A stretch of 64,000 nucleotides of DNA from Eledone cirrhosa (Eukaryota). The DNA lies in assembly GCA_964016885.1 (NCBI GenBank), contig OZ024740.1, forward strand, positions 138,012,001 through 138,076,000, read 5' to 3'. Shown in pieces: positions 14,245 to 28,600 of the stretch (position 1 is its first letter; each line of letters begins with the position of its first letter). A model generated the notes under the pieces. That model worked only from the letters and a program-made list of their open reading frames with translations. It was not told the origin of the DNA and did no database searches. The translations under genes and the position numbers were made by a program.

Positions 14245-17200
14245 TTCTCTTATCACTTTTCCCCCAAACTCCAATTCTCTCTTTCTCTTATCACTTTTCT
14301 CACAATCTCCAATACTCTCTTTCTCTTATCAATTTTCTCTCAATCTCCAATTCTTTCTTTCTCTTATCACTTTTCTCTCAATCTCCAATTCTTTCTTTCT
14401 CTTATCACTTTTCTCTCAATCTCCCATTCTGTCTTTCTCTTATCACTTTTCCCCCAATCTCCAATTCTCTCTTTCTCATATCACTTTTCTCTCAATCTCC
14501 AATTCTCTCTTTCTCTTATCAGTTTCCTCTCAATCTCCAATTCTCTCTTTCTCTTATCACTTTTCTCTCAATCTCCAATTCTCTCTTTCTCTTATCACTT
14601 TTCCTCCAATATCCAATTCTCTCTTTCTCTTATCACTTTTCTCTCAATCTCCAATTCTCTCTTTCTCTTATCTCTTTTCTCTCAATCTCCAATTCTTTCT
14701 TTCTCTTATTACTTTTCTCTCAATTTCTAATTCTCTCTTTCTCTTATCACTTTTCTTTCAATCTCCAATTCTCTCTTTCTCTTATCACTTTTCTCTCAAT
14801 CTCCAATTCTCTCTTTCTCCTCTCACTTTTCCCCCCAATCTCCAATTCTCTCTCTTTCTCTTATCACTTTTCTCTCAATCTCCAATTCTCTCTCTCTTTT
14901 CTCACTTTTCCCCCAATCTCCAATTCTCTCTTTCTCTTCACACTTTTCCGCCAATCTGCAATTCTCTCTTTCTCTCATCAATTTTCTCTATATCTCCAAT
15001 TCTCTCTTCCTCTTATCAATTTTCTCTTAATCTCCAATTCTCTCTTTCTCTTCTCACTTTTCCCCCAATCTCCAATTCTCTCTTTCTCTTCTCACTTTTC
15101 CCCCAATCTCCAATTCTCTCTTTCTGTCATCACTTTTCTCTCAATCTCCAATTCTCTCTTTCTCTTATCACTTTTCTCAAAATCTCCAATTCTATCTTTC
15201 TCTTCTCACTTTTCTCTCAATCTCCAATCCTCTCTTTCTGCTATCACTTTTCTCTCAATCTCCAATTATCTCTTTCTCTTATCACTTTTCTCTCAATCTC
15301 CAATTCTCTCTTTCTCTTATCACTTTTCTGCCAATCTCCAATTCTCTCTTTCTCTTATCACTTTACTCTCAATCTCCAATTCTCTCTTTCTCTTATCACT
15401 TTTCTCTCAATTTCCAATTCTCTCTTTCTCTTATCACTTTTCTCTCAATCTCTAATTCTCTCTTTCTTTTATCAATTTTCTCTCAATCTCCAATTCTTTC
15501 TTTCTCTAATCACTTTTCCCCCAATCTCCAATTCTCTCTTTCTCTTATCACTTTTCTCTCAATCTCCAATTCTCTCTTTCTTTCATCACTTTTCTCTCAA
15601 TCTCCAATTCTCTCTTTCTCTTATCACTTTTCTCTCAATCTCCAATTCTCTCTTTCTCATATCACTTTTCTCTCAATATCTAATTCTCTCTTTCTCTTAT
15701 CACTTTTCTCTCAATCTCCAATTCTCTCTTTCTCTTATCACTTTTCTCTCAATCTCCAATTCTCTCTTTCTCTTATCACTTTTCCCCCAATCTCCAATTC
15801 TCTCTTTCTTTCATCACTTTTCTCTCAATCTCCAATTCTCTCTTTCTCTTATCACTTTTCTCTCAATCTCCAATTCTCTCTTTCTCTTATCACTTTTCTC
15901 TCAATATCTAATTCTCTCTTTCTCTTATCACTTTTCTCTCAATCTCCAATTCTCTCTTTCTCTTATCACTTTACTCTCAATCTCCAATTCTCTCTTTCTC
16001 TTATCACTTTTCTCTCAATTTCCAATTCTCTCTTTCTCTTATCACTTTTCTCTCAATCTCTAATTCTCTCTTTCTTTTATCAATTTTCTCTCAATCTCCA
16101 ATTCTTTCTTTCTCTAATCACTTTTCCCCCAATCTCCAATTCTCTCTTTCTCTTATCACTTTTCTCTCAATCTCCAATTCTCTCTTTCTTTCATCACTTT
16201 TCTCTCAATCTCCAATTCTCTCTTTCTCTTATCACTTTTCTCTCAATCTCCAATTCTCTCTTTCTCATATCACTTTTCTCTCAATATCTAATTCTCTCTT
16301 TCTCTTATCACTTTTCTCTCAATCTCCAATTCTCTCTTTCTCTTATCACTTTTCTCTCAATCTCCAATTCTCTCTTTCTCTTATCACTTTTCCCCCAATC
16401 TCCAATTCTCTCTTTCTTTCATCACTTTTCTCTCAATCTCCAATTCTCTCTTTCTCTTATCACTTTTCTCTCAATCTCCAATTCTCTCTTTCTCTTATCA
16501 CTTTTCTCTCAATATCTAATTCTCTCTTTCTCTTATCACTTTTCTCTCAATCTCCAATTCTCTCTTTCTCTTATCACTTTTCTCTCAATCTCCAATTCTC
16601 TCTTTCTCTTATCACTTTTCTGCCAATCTCCAATTCTCTGTTTCTCTTATCACTTTACTCTCAATCTCAAATTCTCTCTTTCTCTTATCACTTTTCTCTC
16701 AATCTCCAATTCTTTCTTTCTCTAATCACTTTTCTCTCAATCTCCAATTCTCTCTTTCTCTTATCACTTTTCCCCCAATTTACCATTCTCTCTTTCTCTT
16801 ATCACTTTTCTTTCAATCTCCAATTCTCTCCTTCTCTTATCACTTTTCGCTCAATCTCCAATTCTCTCTTTCTCCTCTCACTTTTCCCCCAATCTCCAAT
16901 TCTCTCTCTTTCTCTTATCACTTTTCTCTCAATCTCCAATTCTCTCTTTGTTTTCTCACTTTTCCCCCAATCTCCAATTCTCTCTTTCTCTTCACACTTT
17001 TCCACCAATCTGCAATTCTCTCTTTCTCTCATCAATTTTCTCTATATCTCCAATTCTCTCTTTCTCTTATCACTTTTCTCTCAATCTCCAATTCTCTATT
17101 TCTCTCATCACTTTTCCCCCAATCTCCAATTCTCTCTTTCTCTTATCACTTTTCTCTCAATCTCCAATTCTTTCTTTCTCTTATTACTTTTCTCTCGATT

Positions 17201-19610
17201 TCTAATTCTCTCTTTCTCTTATCACTTTTCTTTCAATCTCCAATTCTCTCTTTGTCTTATCACTTTTCTCTCAATCTCCAATTCTCTCTTTCTCCTCTCA
17301 CTTTTCCCCCAATCTCCAATTCTCTCTCTTTCTCTTATCACTTTTCTCTCAATCTCCAATTCTCTCTCTCTTTTCTCACTTTTCCCCCAATCTCCAATCC
17401 TCTCTTTCTCTTCACACTTTTCCCCCAATCTCCAATTCTCTCTTTCTCTCATCAATTTTCTCTATATATCCAATTCTCTCTTCCTCTTATCAATTTTCTC
17501 TTAATCTCCAATTCTCTCTTTCTCTTGTCACTTTTCCCCCAATCTCCAAATCTCTCTTTCTCTTATCACTTTTCTCTCAATCTCCAATTCTCTCTTTCTT
17601 TCATCACTTTTCTCTCAATCTCCAATTCTCTCTTTCTCTTATCACTTTTCTCTCAATCTCCAATTCTCTCTTTCTCATATCACTTTTCTCTCAATATCTA
17701 ATTCTCTCTTTCTCTTATCACTTTTCTCTCAATCTCCAATTCTCTCTTTCTCTTATCACTTTTCTCTCAATCTCCAATTCTCTCTTTCTCTTATCACTTT
17801 TCCCCCAATCTCCAATTCTCTCTTTCTCCTCTCACTTTTCCCCCAATCTCCAATTCTCTCTCTTTCTCTTATCACTTTTCTCTCAATCACCAATTCTCTC
17901 TTTCTTTTCTCACTTTTCCCCCAATCTCCAATTCTCTCTTTCTCTTCACACTTTTCCCCCAATCTCCAATTCTCTCTTTCTCTCATCAATTTTCTCTATA
18001 TCTCCAATTCTCTCTTCCTCTTATCATTTTTCTCTTAATCTCCAATTCTCTCTTTCTCTTCTCACTTTTCCCCCAATCTCCAATTCTCTCTTTCTCTTCT
18101 CACTTTTCCCCCAATCTCCAATTCTCTCTTTCTCTCGTCACTTTTCTCTCAATCTCCAAATCTCTCTTTCTCTTATCACTTTACTCTCAATCTCCCATTC
18201 TGTCTTTCTCTTATCACTTTTCTCTCAATCTCCAATCCTCTCTTTCTGTTATCACTTTTCTCTCAATCTCCAATTATCTCTTTCTCTTATCACTTTTCTC
18301 TCAATCTCCAATTCTCTATTTCTCTTATCACTTTTCCCCCAATCTCCAATTCTCTCTTTCTCTTATCACTTTTCTCTCAATCTCCAATTCTCTCTTTCTC
18401 TTATCACTTTTCTCTCAATCTCCAATTCTCTCTTTCTTTCATCACTTTTCTCTCAATCTCCAATTCTCTCTTTCTCTTATCATTTTTCTGCCAATCTCCA
18501 ATTCTCTCTTTCTCTTATCACTTTACTCTCAATCTCCAATTCTCTCTTTCTCTTATCACTTTTCTCTCAATTTCCAATTCTCTCTTTCTCTTATCACTTT
18601 TCTCTCAATCTCTATTTCTCTCTTTCTCTTATCAGTTTTCTCTGAATCTCCAATTCTCTCTTTCTCTTATCACTTTTCTCTCAATCTCCAATTCTCTCTT
18701 TCTCTTATCACTTTTCCCCCAATATCCAATTCTCTCTTTCTCTTATCACTTTTCTCTCAATCTCCAATTCTTTCTTTCTCTTATTACTTTTCTCTCAATT
18801 TCTAATGCTCTCTTTCTCTTATCACTTTTCTTTCAATCTCCAATTCTCTCTTTCTCTTATCACTTTTCCCCCAATCTACAATTCTCACTTTCTCTTATCA
18901 CTTTTTCTCTCAATCTCCAATTCTCTCTTTCTCATATCACTTTTTTCTCAATCTCCAATTCTCTCTTTCTCTTATCACTTTTCCCCCAAACTCCAATTCT
19001 CTCTTTCTCTTATCACTTTTCTCACAATCTCCAATACTCTCTTTCTCTTATCAATTTTCTCTCAATCTCCAAATCTTTCTTTCTCTTATCACTTTTCTCT
19101 CAATCTCCAATTCTTTCTTTCTCTTATCACTTTTCTCTCAATCTCCCATTCTGTCTTTCTCTTATCACTTTTCCCCCAATCTCCAATTCTCTCTTTCTCA
19201 TATCACTTTTCTCTCAATCTCCAATTCTCTCTTTCTCTTATCAGTTTCCTCTCAATCTCCAATTCTCTCTTTCTCTTATCACTTTTCTCTCAATCTCCAA
19301 TTCTCTCTTTCTCTTATCACTTTTCCTCCAATATCCAATTCTCTCTTTCTCTTATCACTTTTCTCTCAATCTCCAATTCTCTCTTTCTCTTATCTCTTTT
19401 CTCTCAATCTCCAATTCTTTCTTTCTCTTATTACTTTTCTCTCAATTTCTAATTCTCTCTTTCTCTTATCACTTTTCTTTCAATCTCCAATTCTCTCTTT
19501 CTCTTATCACTTTTCTCTCAATCTCCAATTCTCTCTTTCTCCTCTCACTTTTCCCCCCAATCTCCAATTCTCTCTCTTTCTCTTATCACTTTTCTCTCAA
19601 TCTCCAATTC
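8990..19610. repeat. Tandem duplication of about 5.2-5.4 kb with an internal 608-bp gain and 458-bp loss
   Basis: The offset is 5,221 at ccccaaactc (9,041/14,262), 5,829 at ORFs 10,973/16,802 and 11,393/17,222 (+608 = 16 monomers), then 5,371 at 13,434/18,805 (-458 = 12 monomers + 2 bp). Confidence 0.85.
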
Positions 19611-22600
19611 TCTCTCTCTTTTCTCACTTTTCCCCCAATCTCCAATTCTCTCTTTCTCTTCACACTTTTCCGCCAATCTGCAATTCTCTCTTTCTCTCAT
19701 CAATTTTCTCTATATCTCCAATTCTCTCTTCCTCTTATCAATTTTCTCTTAATCTCCAATTCTCTCTTTCTCTTCTCACTTTTCCCCCAATCTCCAATTC
19801 TCTCTTTCTCTTCTCACTTTTCCCCCAATCTCCAATTCTCTCTTTCTGTCATCACTTTTCTCTCAATCTCCAATTCTCTCTTTCTCTTATCACTTTTCTC
19901 AAAATCTCCAATTCTATCTTTCTCTTCTCACTTTTCTCTCAATCTCCAATCCTCTCTTTCTGCTATCACTTTTCTCTCAATCTCCAATTATCTCTTTCTC
20001 TTATCACTTTACTCTCAATCTCCAATTCTCTCTTTCTCTTATCACTTTTCTCTCAATTTCCAATTCTCTCTTTCTCTTATCACTTTTCTCTCAATCTCTA
20101 ATTCTCTCTTTCTTTTATCAATTTTCTCTCAATCTCCAATTCTTTCTTTCTCTAATCACTTTTCCCCCAATCTCCAATTCTCTCTTTCTCTTATCACTTT
20201 TCTCTCAATCTCCAATTCTCTCTTTCTTTCATCACTTTTCTCTCAATCTCCAATTCTCTCTTTCTCTTATCACTTTTCTCTCAATCTCCAATTCTCTCTT
20301 TCTCTTATCACTTTTCCCCCAATCTCCAATTCTCTCTTTCTCCTCTCACTTTTCCCCTAATCTCCAATTCTCTCTCTTTCTCTTATCACTTTTCTCTCAA
20401 TCTCCAATTCTCTCTTTCTTTTCTCACTTTTCCCCCAATCTCCAATTCTCTCTTTCTCTTCACACTTTTCCCCCAATCTGCAATTCTCTCTTTCTCTCAT
20501 CAATTTTCTCTATATCTCCAATTCTCTCTTCCTCTTATCATGTTTCTCTCAATCTCCAATTCTCTCTTTCTCTTATCACTTTTCTCTCAATCTCCAATTC
20601 TCTATTTCTCTTATCACTTTTCCCCCAATCTCCAATTCTCTCTTTCTCTTATCACTTTTCTCTCAATCTCCAATTCTTTCTTTCTCTTATTACTTTTCTC
20701 TCGATTTCTAATTCTCCTTTCTCTTATCACTTTTCTTTCAATCTTCAATTCTCTCTTTGTCTTATCACTTTTCTCTCAATCTCCAATTCTCTCTTTCTCC
20801 TCTCACTTTTCCCCCAATCTCCAATTCTCTCTCTTTCTCTTATCACTTTTCTCTCAATCACCAATTCTCTCTTTCTCATATCACTTTTCCCCCAATCTCC
20901 AATTCTCTCTTTCTCTTCACACTTTTCCCCCAATCTCCAATTCTCTCTTTCTCTCATCAATTTTCTCTATATCTCCAATTCTCTCTTCCTCTTATCATTT
21001 TTATCTTAATCTCCAATTCTCTCTTTCTCTTCTCACTTTTCCCCCAATCTCCAATTCTCAGTTTCTCTTCTCACTTTTCCCCCAATCTCCAATTCTCTCT
21101 TTCTCTCGTCACTTTTCTCTCAATCTCCAAATCTCTCTTTCTCTTATCACTTTACTCTCAATCTCCCATTCTGTCTTTCTCTTATCACTTTTCTCTCAAT
21201 CTCCAATCCTCTCTTTCTGTTATCACTTTTCTCTCAATCTCCAATTATCTCTTTCTCTTATCACTTTTCTCTCAATCTCCAATTCTCTATTTCTCTTATC
21301 ACTTTTCCCCCAATCTCCAATTCTCTCTTTCTCTTATCACTTTTCTCTCAATCTCCAATTCTCTCTTTCTCTTATCACTTTTCTCTCAATCTCCAATTCT
21401 CTCTTTCTTTCATCACTTTTCTCTCAATCTCCAATTCTCTCTTTCTCTTATCATTTTTCTGCCAATCTCCAATTCTCTCTTTCTCTTATCACTTTACTCT
21501 CAATCTCCAATTCTATCTTTCTCTTATCACTTTTCTCTCAATTTCCAATTCTCTCTTTCTCTTATCACTTTTCTCTCAATCTCTATTTCTCTCTTTCTCT
21601 TATCAGTTTTCTCTCAATCTCCAATTCTCTCTTTCTCTTATCACTTTTCTCTCAATCTCCAATTCTCTCTTTCTCTTATCACTTTTCCCCCAATATCCAA
21701 TTCTCTCTTTCTCTTATCACTTTTCTCTCAATCTCCAATTCTTTCTTTCTCTTATTACTTTTCTCTCAATTTCTAATGCTCTCTTACTCTTATCACTTTT
21801 CTTTCAATCTCCAATTCTCTCTTTCTCTTATCACTTTTCCCCCAATCTACAATTCTCACTTTCTCTTATCACTTTTTCTCTCAATCTCCAATTCTCTCTT
21901 TCTCATATCACTTTTTTCTCAATCTCCAATTCTCTCTTTCTCTTATCACTTTTCTCTCAATCTCCAATTCTCTCTTTCTCTTATCACTTTTCCCCCAAAC
22001 TCCAATTCTCTCTTTCTCTTATCACTTTTCTCACAATCTCCAATACTCTCTTTCTCTTATCAATTTTCTCTCAATCTCCAATTCTTTCTTTCTCTTATCA
22101 ATTTTCTCTCAATCTCCAATTCTTTCTTTCTCTTATCACTTTTCTCTCAATCTCCCATTCTGTCTTTCTCTTATCACTTTTCCCCCAATCTCCAATTCTC
22201 TCTTTCTCATATCACTTTTCTCTCAATCTCCAATTCTCTCTTTCTCTTATCAGTTTCCTCTCAATCTCCAATTCTCTCTTTCTCTTATCACTTTTCTCTC
22301 AATCTCCAATTCTCTCTTTCTCTTATCACTTTTCCTCCAATATCCAATTCTCTCTTTCTCTTATCACTTTTCTCTCAATCTCCAATTCTCTCTTTCTCTT
22401 ATCTCTTTTCTCTCAATCTCCAATTCTTTCTTTCTCTTATTACTTTTCTCTCAATTTCTAATTCTCTCTTTCTCTTATCACTTTTCTTTCAATCTCCAAT
22501 TCTCTCTTTCTCTTATCACTTTTCTCTCAATCTCCAATTCTCTCTTTCTCCTCTCACTTTTCCCCCCAATCTCCAATTCTCTCTCTTTCTCTTATCACTT

Positions 22601-25600
22601 TTCTCTCAATCTCCAATTCTCTCTCTCTTTTCTCACTTTTCTCACAATCTCCAATACTCTCTTTCTCTTATCAATTTTCTCTCAATCTCCAATTCTTTCT
22701 TACTCTTATCACTTTTCTCTCAATCTCCAATTCTTTCTTTCTCTTATCACTTTTCTCTCAATCTCCCATTCTGTCTTTCTCTTATCACTTTTCCCCCAAT
22801 CTCCAATTCTCTCTTTCTCATATCACTTTTCCGCCAATCTGCAATTCTCTCTTTCTCTCATCAATTTTCTCTATATCTCCAATTCTCTCTTCCTCTTATC
22901 AATTTTCTCTTAATCTCCAATTCTCTCTTTCTCTTCTCACTTTTCCCCCAATCTCCAATTCTCTCTTTCTCTTCTCACTTTTCCCCCAATCTCCAATTCT
23001 ATCTTTCTGTCATCACTTTTCTCTCAATCTCCAATTCTCTCTTTCTCTTATCACTTTTCTCAAAATCTCCAATTCTATCTTTCTCTTCTCACTTTTCTCT
23101 CAATCTCCAATCCTCTCTTTCTGCTATCACTTTTCTCTCAATCTCCAATTATCTCTTTCTCTTATCACTTTTCTCTCAATCTCCAATTCTCTCTTTCTAC
23201 TATCACTTTTCTGCCAATCTCCAATTCTCTCTTTCTCTTATCACTTTACTCTCAATCTCCAATTCTCTCTTTCTCTTATCACTTTTCTCTCAATTTCCAA
23301 TTCTCTCTTTCTCTTATCACTTTTCTCTCAATCTCTAATTCTCTCTTTCTTCTATCAATTTTCTCTCAATCTCCAATTCTTTCTTTCTCTAATCACTTTT
23401 CCCCCAATCTCCAATTCTCTCTTTCTCTTATCACTTTTCTCTCAATCTCCAATTCTCTCTTTCTTTCATCACTTTTCTCTCAATCTCCAATTCTCTCTTT
23501 CTCTTATCACTTTTCTCTCAATCTCCAATTCTCTCTTTCTCATATCACTTTTCTCTCAATATCTAATTCTCTCTTTCTCTTATCACTTTTCTCTCAATCT
23601 CCAATTCTCTCTTTCTCTTATCACTTTTCTCTCAATCTCCAATTCTCTCTTTCTCTTATCACTTTTCCCCCAATCTCCAATTCTCTCTTTCTCCTCTCAC
23701 TTTTCCCCTAATCTCCAATTCTCTCTCTTTCTCTTATCACTTTTCTCTCAATCTCCAATTCTCTCTTTCTTTTCTCACTTTTCCCCCAATCTCCAATTCT
23801 CTCTTTCTCTTCACACTTTTCCCCCAATCTGCAATTCTCTCTTTCTCTCATCAATTTTCTCTATATCTCCAATTCTCTCTTCCTCTTATCATGTTTCTCT
23901 CAATCTCCAATTCTCTCTTTCTCTTATCACTTTCTCTCAATCTCCAATTCTCTCTTTCTCCTCTCACTTTTCCCCCCAATCTCCAATTCTCTCTCTTTCT
24001 CTTATCACTTTTCTCTCAATCTCCAATTCTCTCTCTCTTTTCTCACTTTTCCCCCAATCTCCAATTCTCTCTTTCTCTTCACACTTTTCCGCCAATCTGC
24101 AATTCTCTCTTTCTCTCATCAATTTTCTCTATATCTCCAATTCTCTCTTCCTCTTATCAATTTTCTCTTAATCTCCAATTCTCTCTTTCTCTTCTCACTT
24201 TTCCCCCAATCTCCAATTCTCTCTTTCTCTTCTCACTTTTCCCCCAATCTCCAATTCTATCTTTCTGTCATCACTTTTCTCTCAATCTCCAATTCTCTCT
24301 TTCTCTTATCACTTTTCTCAAAATCTCCAATTCTATCTTTCTCTTCTCACTTTTCTCTCAATCTCCAATCCTCTCTTTCTGCTATCACTTTTCTCTCAAT
24401 CTCCAATTATCTCTTTCTCTTATCACTTTTCTCTCAATCTCCAATTCTCTCTTTCTCTTATCACTTTTCTGCCAATCTCCAATTCTCTCTTTCTCTTATC
24501 ACTTTACTCTCAATCTCCAATTCTCTCTTTCTCTTATCACTTTTCTCTCAATTTCCAATTCTCTCTTTCTCTTATCACTTTTCTCTCAATCTCTAATTCT
24601 CTCTTTCTTTTATCAATTTTCTCTCAATCTCCAATTCTTTCTTTCTCTAATCACTTTTCCCCCAATCTCCAATTCTCTCTTTCTCTTATCACTTTTCTCT
24701 CAATCTCCAATTCTCTCTTTCTTTCATCACTTTTCTCTCAATCTCCAATTCTCTCTTTCTCTTATCACTTTTCTCTCAATCTCCAATTCTCTCTTTCTCA
24801 TATCACTTTTCTCTCAATATCTAATTCTCTCTTTCTCTTATCACTTTTCTCTCAATCTCCAATTCTCTCTTTCTCTTATCACTTTTCTCTCAATCTCCAA
24901 TTCTCTCTTTCTCTTATCACTTTTCCCCCAATCTCCAATTCTCTCTTTCTCCTCTCACTTTTCCCCTAATCTCCAATTCTCTCTCTTTCTCTTATCACTT
25001 TTCTCTCAATCTCCAATTCTCTCTTTCTTTTCTCACTTTTCCCCCAATCTCCAATTCTCTCTTTCTCTTCACACTTTTCCCCCAATCTGCAATTCTCTCT
25101 TTCTCTCATCAATTTTCTCTATATCTCCAATTCTCTCTTCCTCTTATCATGTTTCTCTCAATCTCCAATTCTCTCTTTCTCTTATCACTTTTCTCTCAAT
25201 CTCCAATTCTCTATTTCTCTTATCACTTTTCCCCCAATCTCCAATTCTCTCTTTCTCTTATCACTTTTCTCTCAATCTCCAATTCTTTCTTTCTCTTATT
25301 ACTTTTCTCTCGATTTCTAATTCTCTCTTTCTCTTATCACTTTTCTTTCAATCTTCAATTCTCTCTTTGTCTTATCACTTTTCTCTCAATCTCCAATTCT
25401 CTCTTTCTCCTCTCACTTTTCCCCCAATCTCCAATTCTCTCTCTTTCTCTTATCACTTTTCTCTCAATCACCAATTCTCTCTTTCTTTTCTCACTTTTCC
25501 CCCAATCTCCAATTCTCTCTTTCTCTTCACACTTTTCCCCCAATCTCCAATTCTCTCTTTCTCTCATCAATTTTCTCTATATCTCCAATTCTCTCTTCCT

Positions 25601-28600
25601 CTTATCATTTTTATCTTAATCTCCAATTCTCTCTTTCTCTTCTCACTTTTCCCCCAATCTCCAATTCTCTGTTTCTCTTCTCACTTTTCCCCCAATCTCC
25701 AATTCTCTCTTTCTCTCGTCACTTTTCTCTCAATCTCCAAATCTCTCTTTCTCTTATCACTTTACTCTCAATCTCCCATTCTGTCTTTCTCTTATCACTT
25801 TTCTCTCAATCTCCAATCCTCTCTTTCTGTTATCACTTTTCTCTCAATCTCCAATTATCTCTTTCTCTTATCACTTTTCTCTCAATCTCCAATTCTCTAT
25901 TTCTCTTATCACTTTCCCCCCAGTCTCCAATTCTCTCTTTCTCTTATCACTTTTCTCTCAATCTCCAATTCTCTCTTTCTCTTATCACTTTTCTCTCAAT
26001 CTCCAATTCTCTCTTTCTTTCATCACTTTTCTCTCAATCTCCAATTCTCTCTTTCTCTTATCATTTTTCTGCCAATCTCCAATTCTCTCTTTCTCTTATC
26101 ACTTTACTCTCAATCTCCAATTCTCTCTTTCTCTTATCACTTTTCTCTCAATTTCCAATTCTCTCTTTCTCTTATCACTTTTCTCTCAATCTCTATTTCT
26201 CTCATTCTCTTATCAGTTTTCTCTCAATCTCCAATTGTCTCTTTCTCTTATCATTTTTCTCTCAATCTCCAATTCTCTCTTTCTCTTATCACTTTTCCCC
26301 CAATATCCAATTCTCTCTTTCTCTTATCACTTTTCTCTCAATCTCCAATTCTTTCTTTCTCTTATTACTTTTCTCTCAATTTCTAATGCTCTCTTTCTCT
26401 TATCACTTTTCTTTCAATCTCCAATTCTCTCTTTCTCTTATCACTTTTCCCCCAATCTACAATTCTCACTTTCTCTTATCACTTTTTCTCTCAATCTCCA
26501 ATTCTCTCTTTCTCATATCACTTTTTTCTCATTCTCCAATTCTCTCTTTCTCTTATCACTTTTCTCTCAATCTCCAATTCTCTCTTTCTCTTATCACTTT
26601 TCCCCCAATCTCCAATTCTCTCTTTCTCTTATCACTTTTCTCACAATCTCCAATACTCTCTTTCTCTTATCAATTTTCTCTCAATCTCCAATTCTTTCTT
26701 TCTCTTATCACTTTTCTCTCAATCTCCAATTCTTTCTTTCTCTTATCACTTTTCTCTCAATCTCCCATTCTGTCTTTCTCTTATCACTTTTCCCCCAATC
26801 TCCAATTCTCTCTTTCTCATATCACTTTTCTCTCAATCTCCAATTCTCTCTTTCTCTTATCAGTTTCCTCTCAATCTCCAATTCTCTCTTTCTCTTATCA
26901 CTTTTCTCTCAATCTCCAATTCTCTCTTTCTCTTATCACTTTTCCTCCAATATCCAATTCTCTCTTTCTCTTATCACTTTTCTCTCAATCTCCAATTCTC
27001 TCTTTCTCTTATCTCTTTTCTCTCAATCTCCAATTCTTTCTTTCTCTTATTACTTTTCTCTCAATTTCTAATTCTCTCTTTCTCTTATCACTTTTCTTTC
27101 AATCTCCAATTCTCTCTTTCTCTTATCACTTTTCTCTCAATCTCCAATTCTCTCTTTCTCCTCTCACTTTTCCCTCCAATCTCCAATTCTCTCTCTTTCT
27201 CTTATCACTTTTCTCTCAATCTCCAATTCTCTCTCTCTTTTCTCACTTTTCCCCCAATCTCCAATTCTCTCTTTCTCTTCACACTTTTCCGCCAATCTGC
27301 AATTCTCTCTTTCTCTCATCAATTTTCTCTATATCTCCAATTCTCTCTTCCTCTTATCAATTTTCTCTTAATCTCCAATTCTCTCTTTCTCTTCTCACTT
27401 TTCCCCCAATCTCCAATTCTCTCTTTCTCTTCTCACTTTTCCCCCAATCTCCAATTCTCTCTTTCTGTCATCACTTTTCTCTCAATCTCCAATTCTCTCT
27501 TTCTCTTATCACTTTTCTCAAAATCTCCAATTCTATCTTTCTCTTCTCACTTTTCTCTCAATCTCCAATCCTCTCTTTCTGCTATCACTTTTCTCTCAAT
27601 CTCCAATTATCTCTTTCTCTTATCACTTTTCTCTCAATCTCCAATTCTCTCTTTCTCTTATCACTTTTCTGCCAATCTCCAATTCTCTCTTTCTCTTATC
27701 ACTTTACTCTCAATCTCCAATTCTCTCTTTCTCTTATCACTTTTCTCTCAATTTCCAATTCTCTCTTTCTCTTATCACTTTTCTCTCAATCTCTAATTCT
27801 CTCTTTCTTTTATCAATTTTCTCTCAATCTCCAATTCTTTCTTTCTCTAATCACTTTTCTCTCAATCTCCAATTCTCTCTTTCTCTTATCACTTTTCCCC
27901 CAATCTACAATTCTCACTTTCTCTTATCACTTTTTCTCTCAATCTCCAATTCTCTCTTTCTCATATCACTTTTTTCTCAATCTCCAATTCTCTCTTTCTC
28001 TTATCACTTTTCTCTCAATCTCCAATTCTCTCTTTCTCTTATCACTTTTCCCCCAATCTCCAATTCTCTCTTTCTCTTATCACTTTTCTCACAATCTCCA
28101 ATACTCTCTTTCTCTTATCAATTTTCTCTCAATCTCCAATTCTTTCTTTCTCTTATCACTTTTCTCTCAATCTCCAATTCTTTCTTTCTCTTATCACTTT
28201 TCTCTCAGTATCCCATTCTGTCTTTCTCTTATCACTTTTCCCCCAATCTCCAATTCTCTCTTTCTCATATCACTTTTCTCTCAATCTCCAATTCTCTCTT
28301 TCTCTTATCAGTTTTCCCTCAATCTCCAATTCTCTCTTTCTCTTATCACTTTTCTCTCAATCTCCAATTCTCTCTCTCTTTTCTCACTTTTCCCCCAATC
28401 TCCAATTCTCTCTTTCTCTTCACACTTTTCTCCCAATCTGCAATTCTCTCTTTCTCTCATCAATTTTCTCTATATCTCCAATTCTCTCTTCCTCTTATCA
28501 ATTTTCTCTTAATCTCCAATTCTCTCTTTCTCTTCTCACTTTTCCCCCAATCTCCAATTCTTTCTTTCTCTTATCACTTTTCTCTCAATCTCCAATTCTC

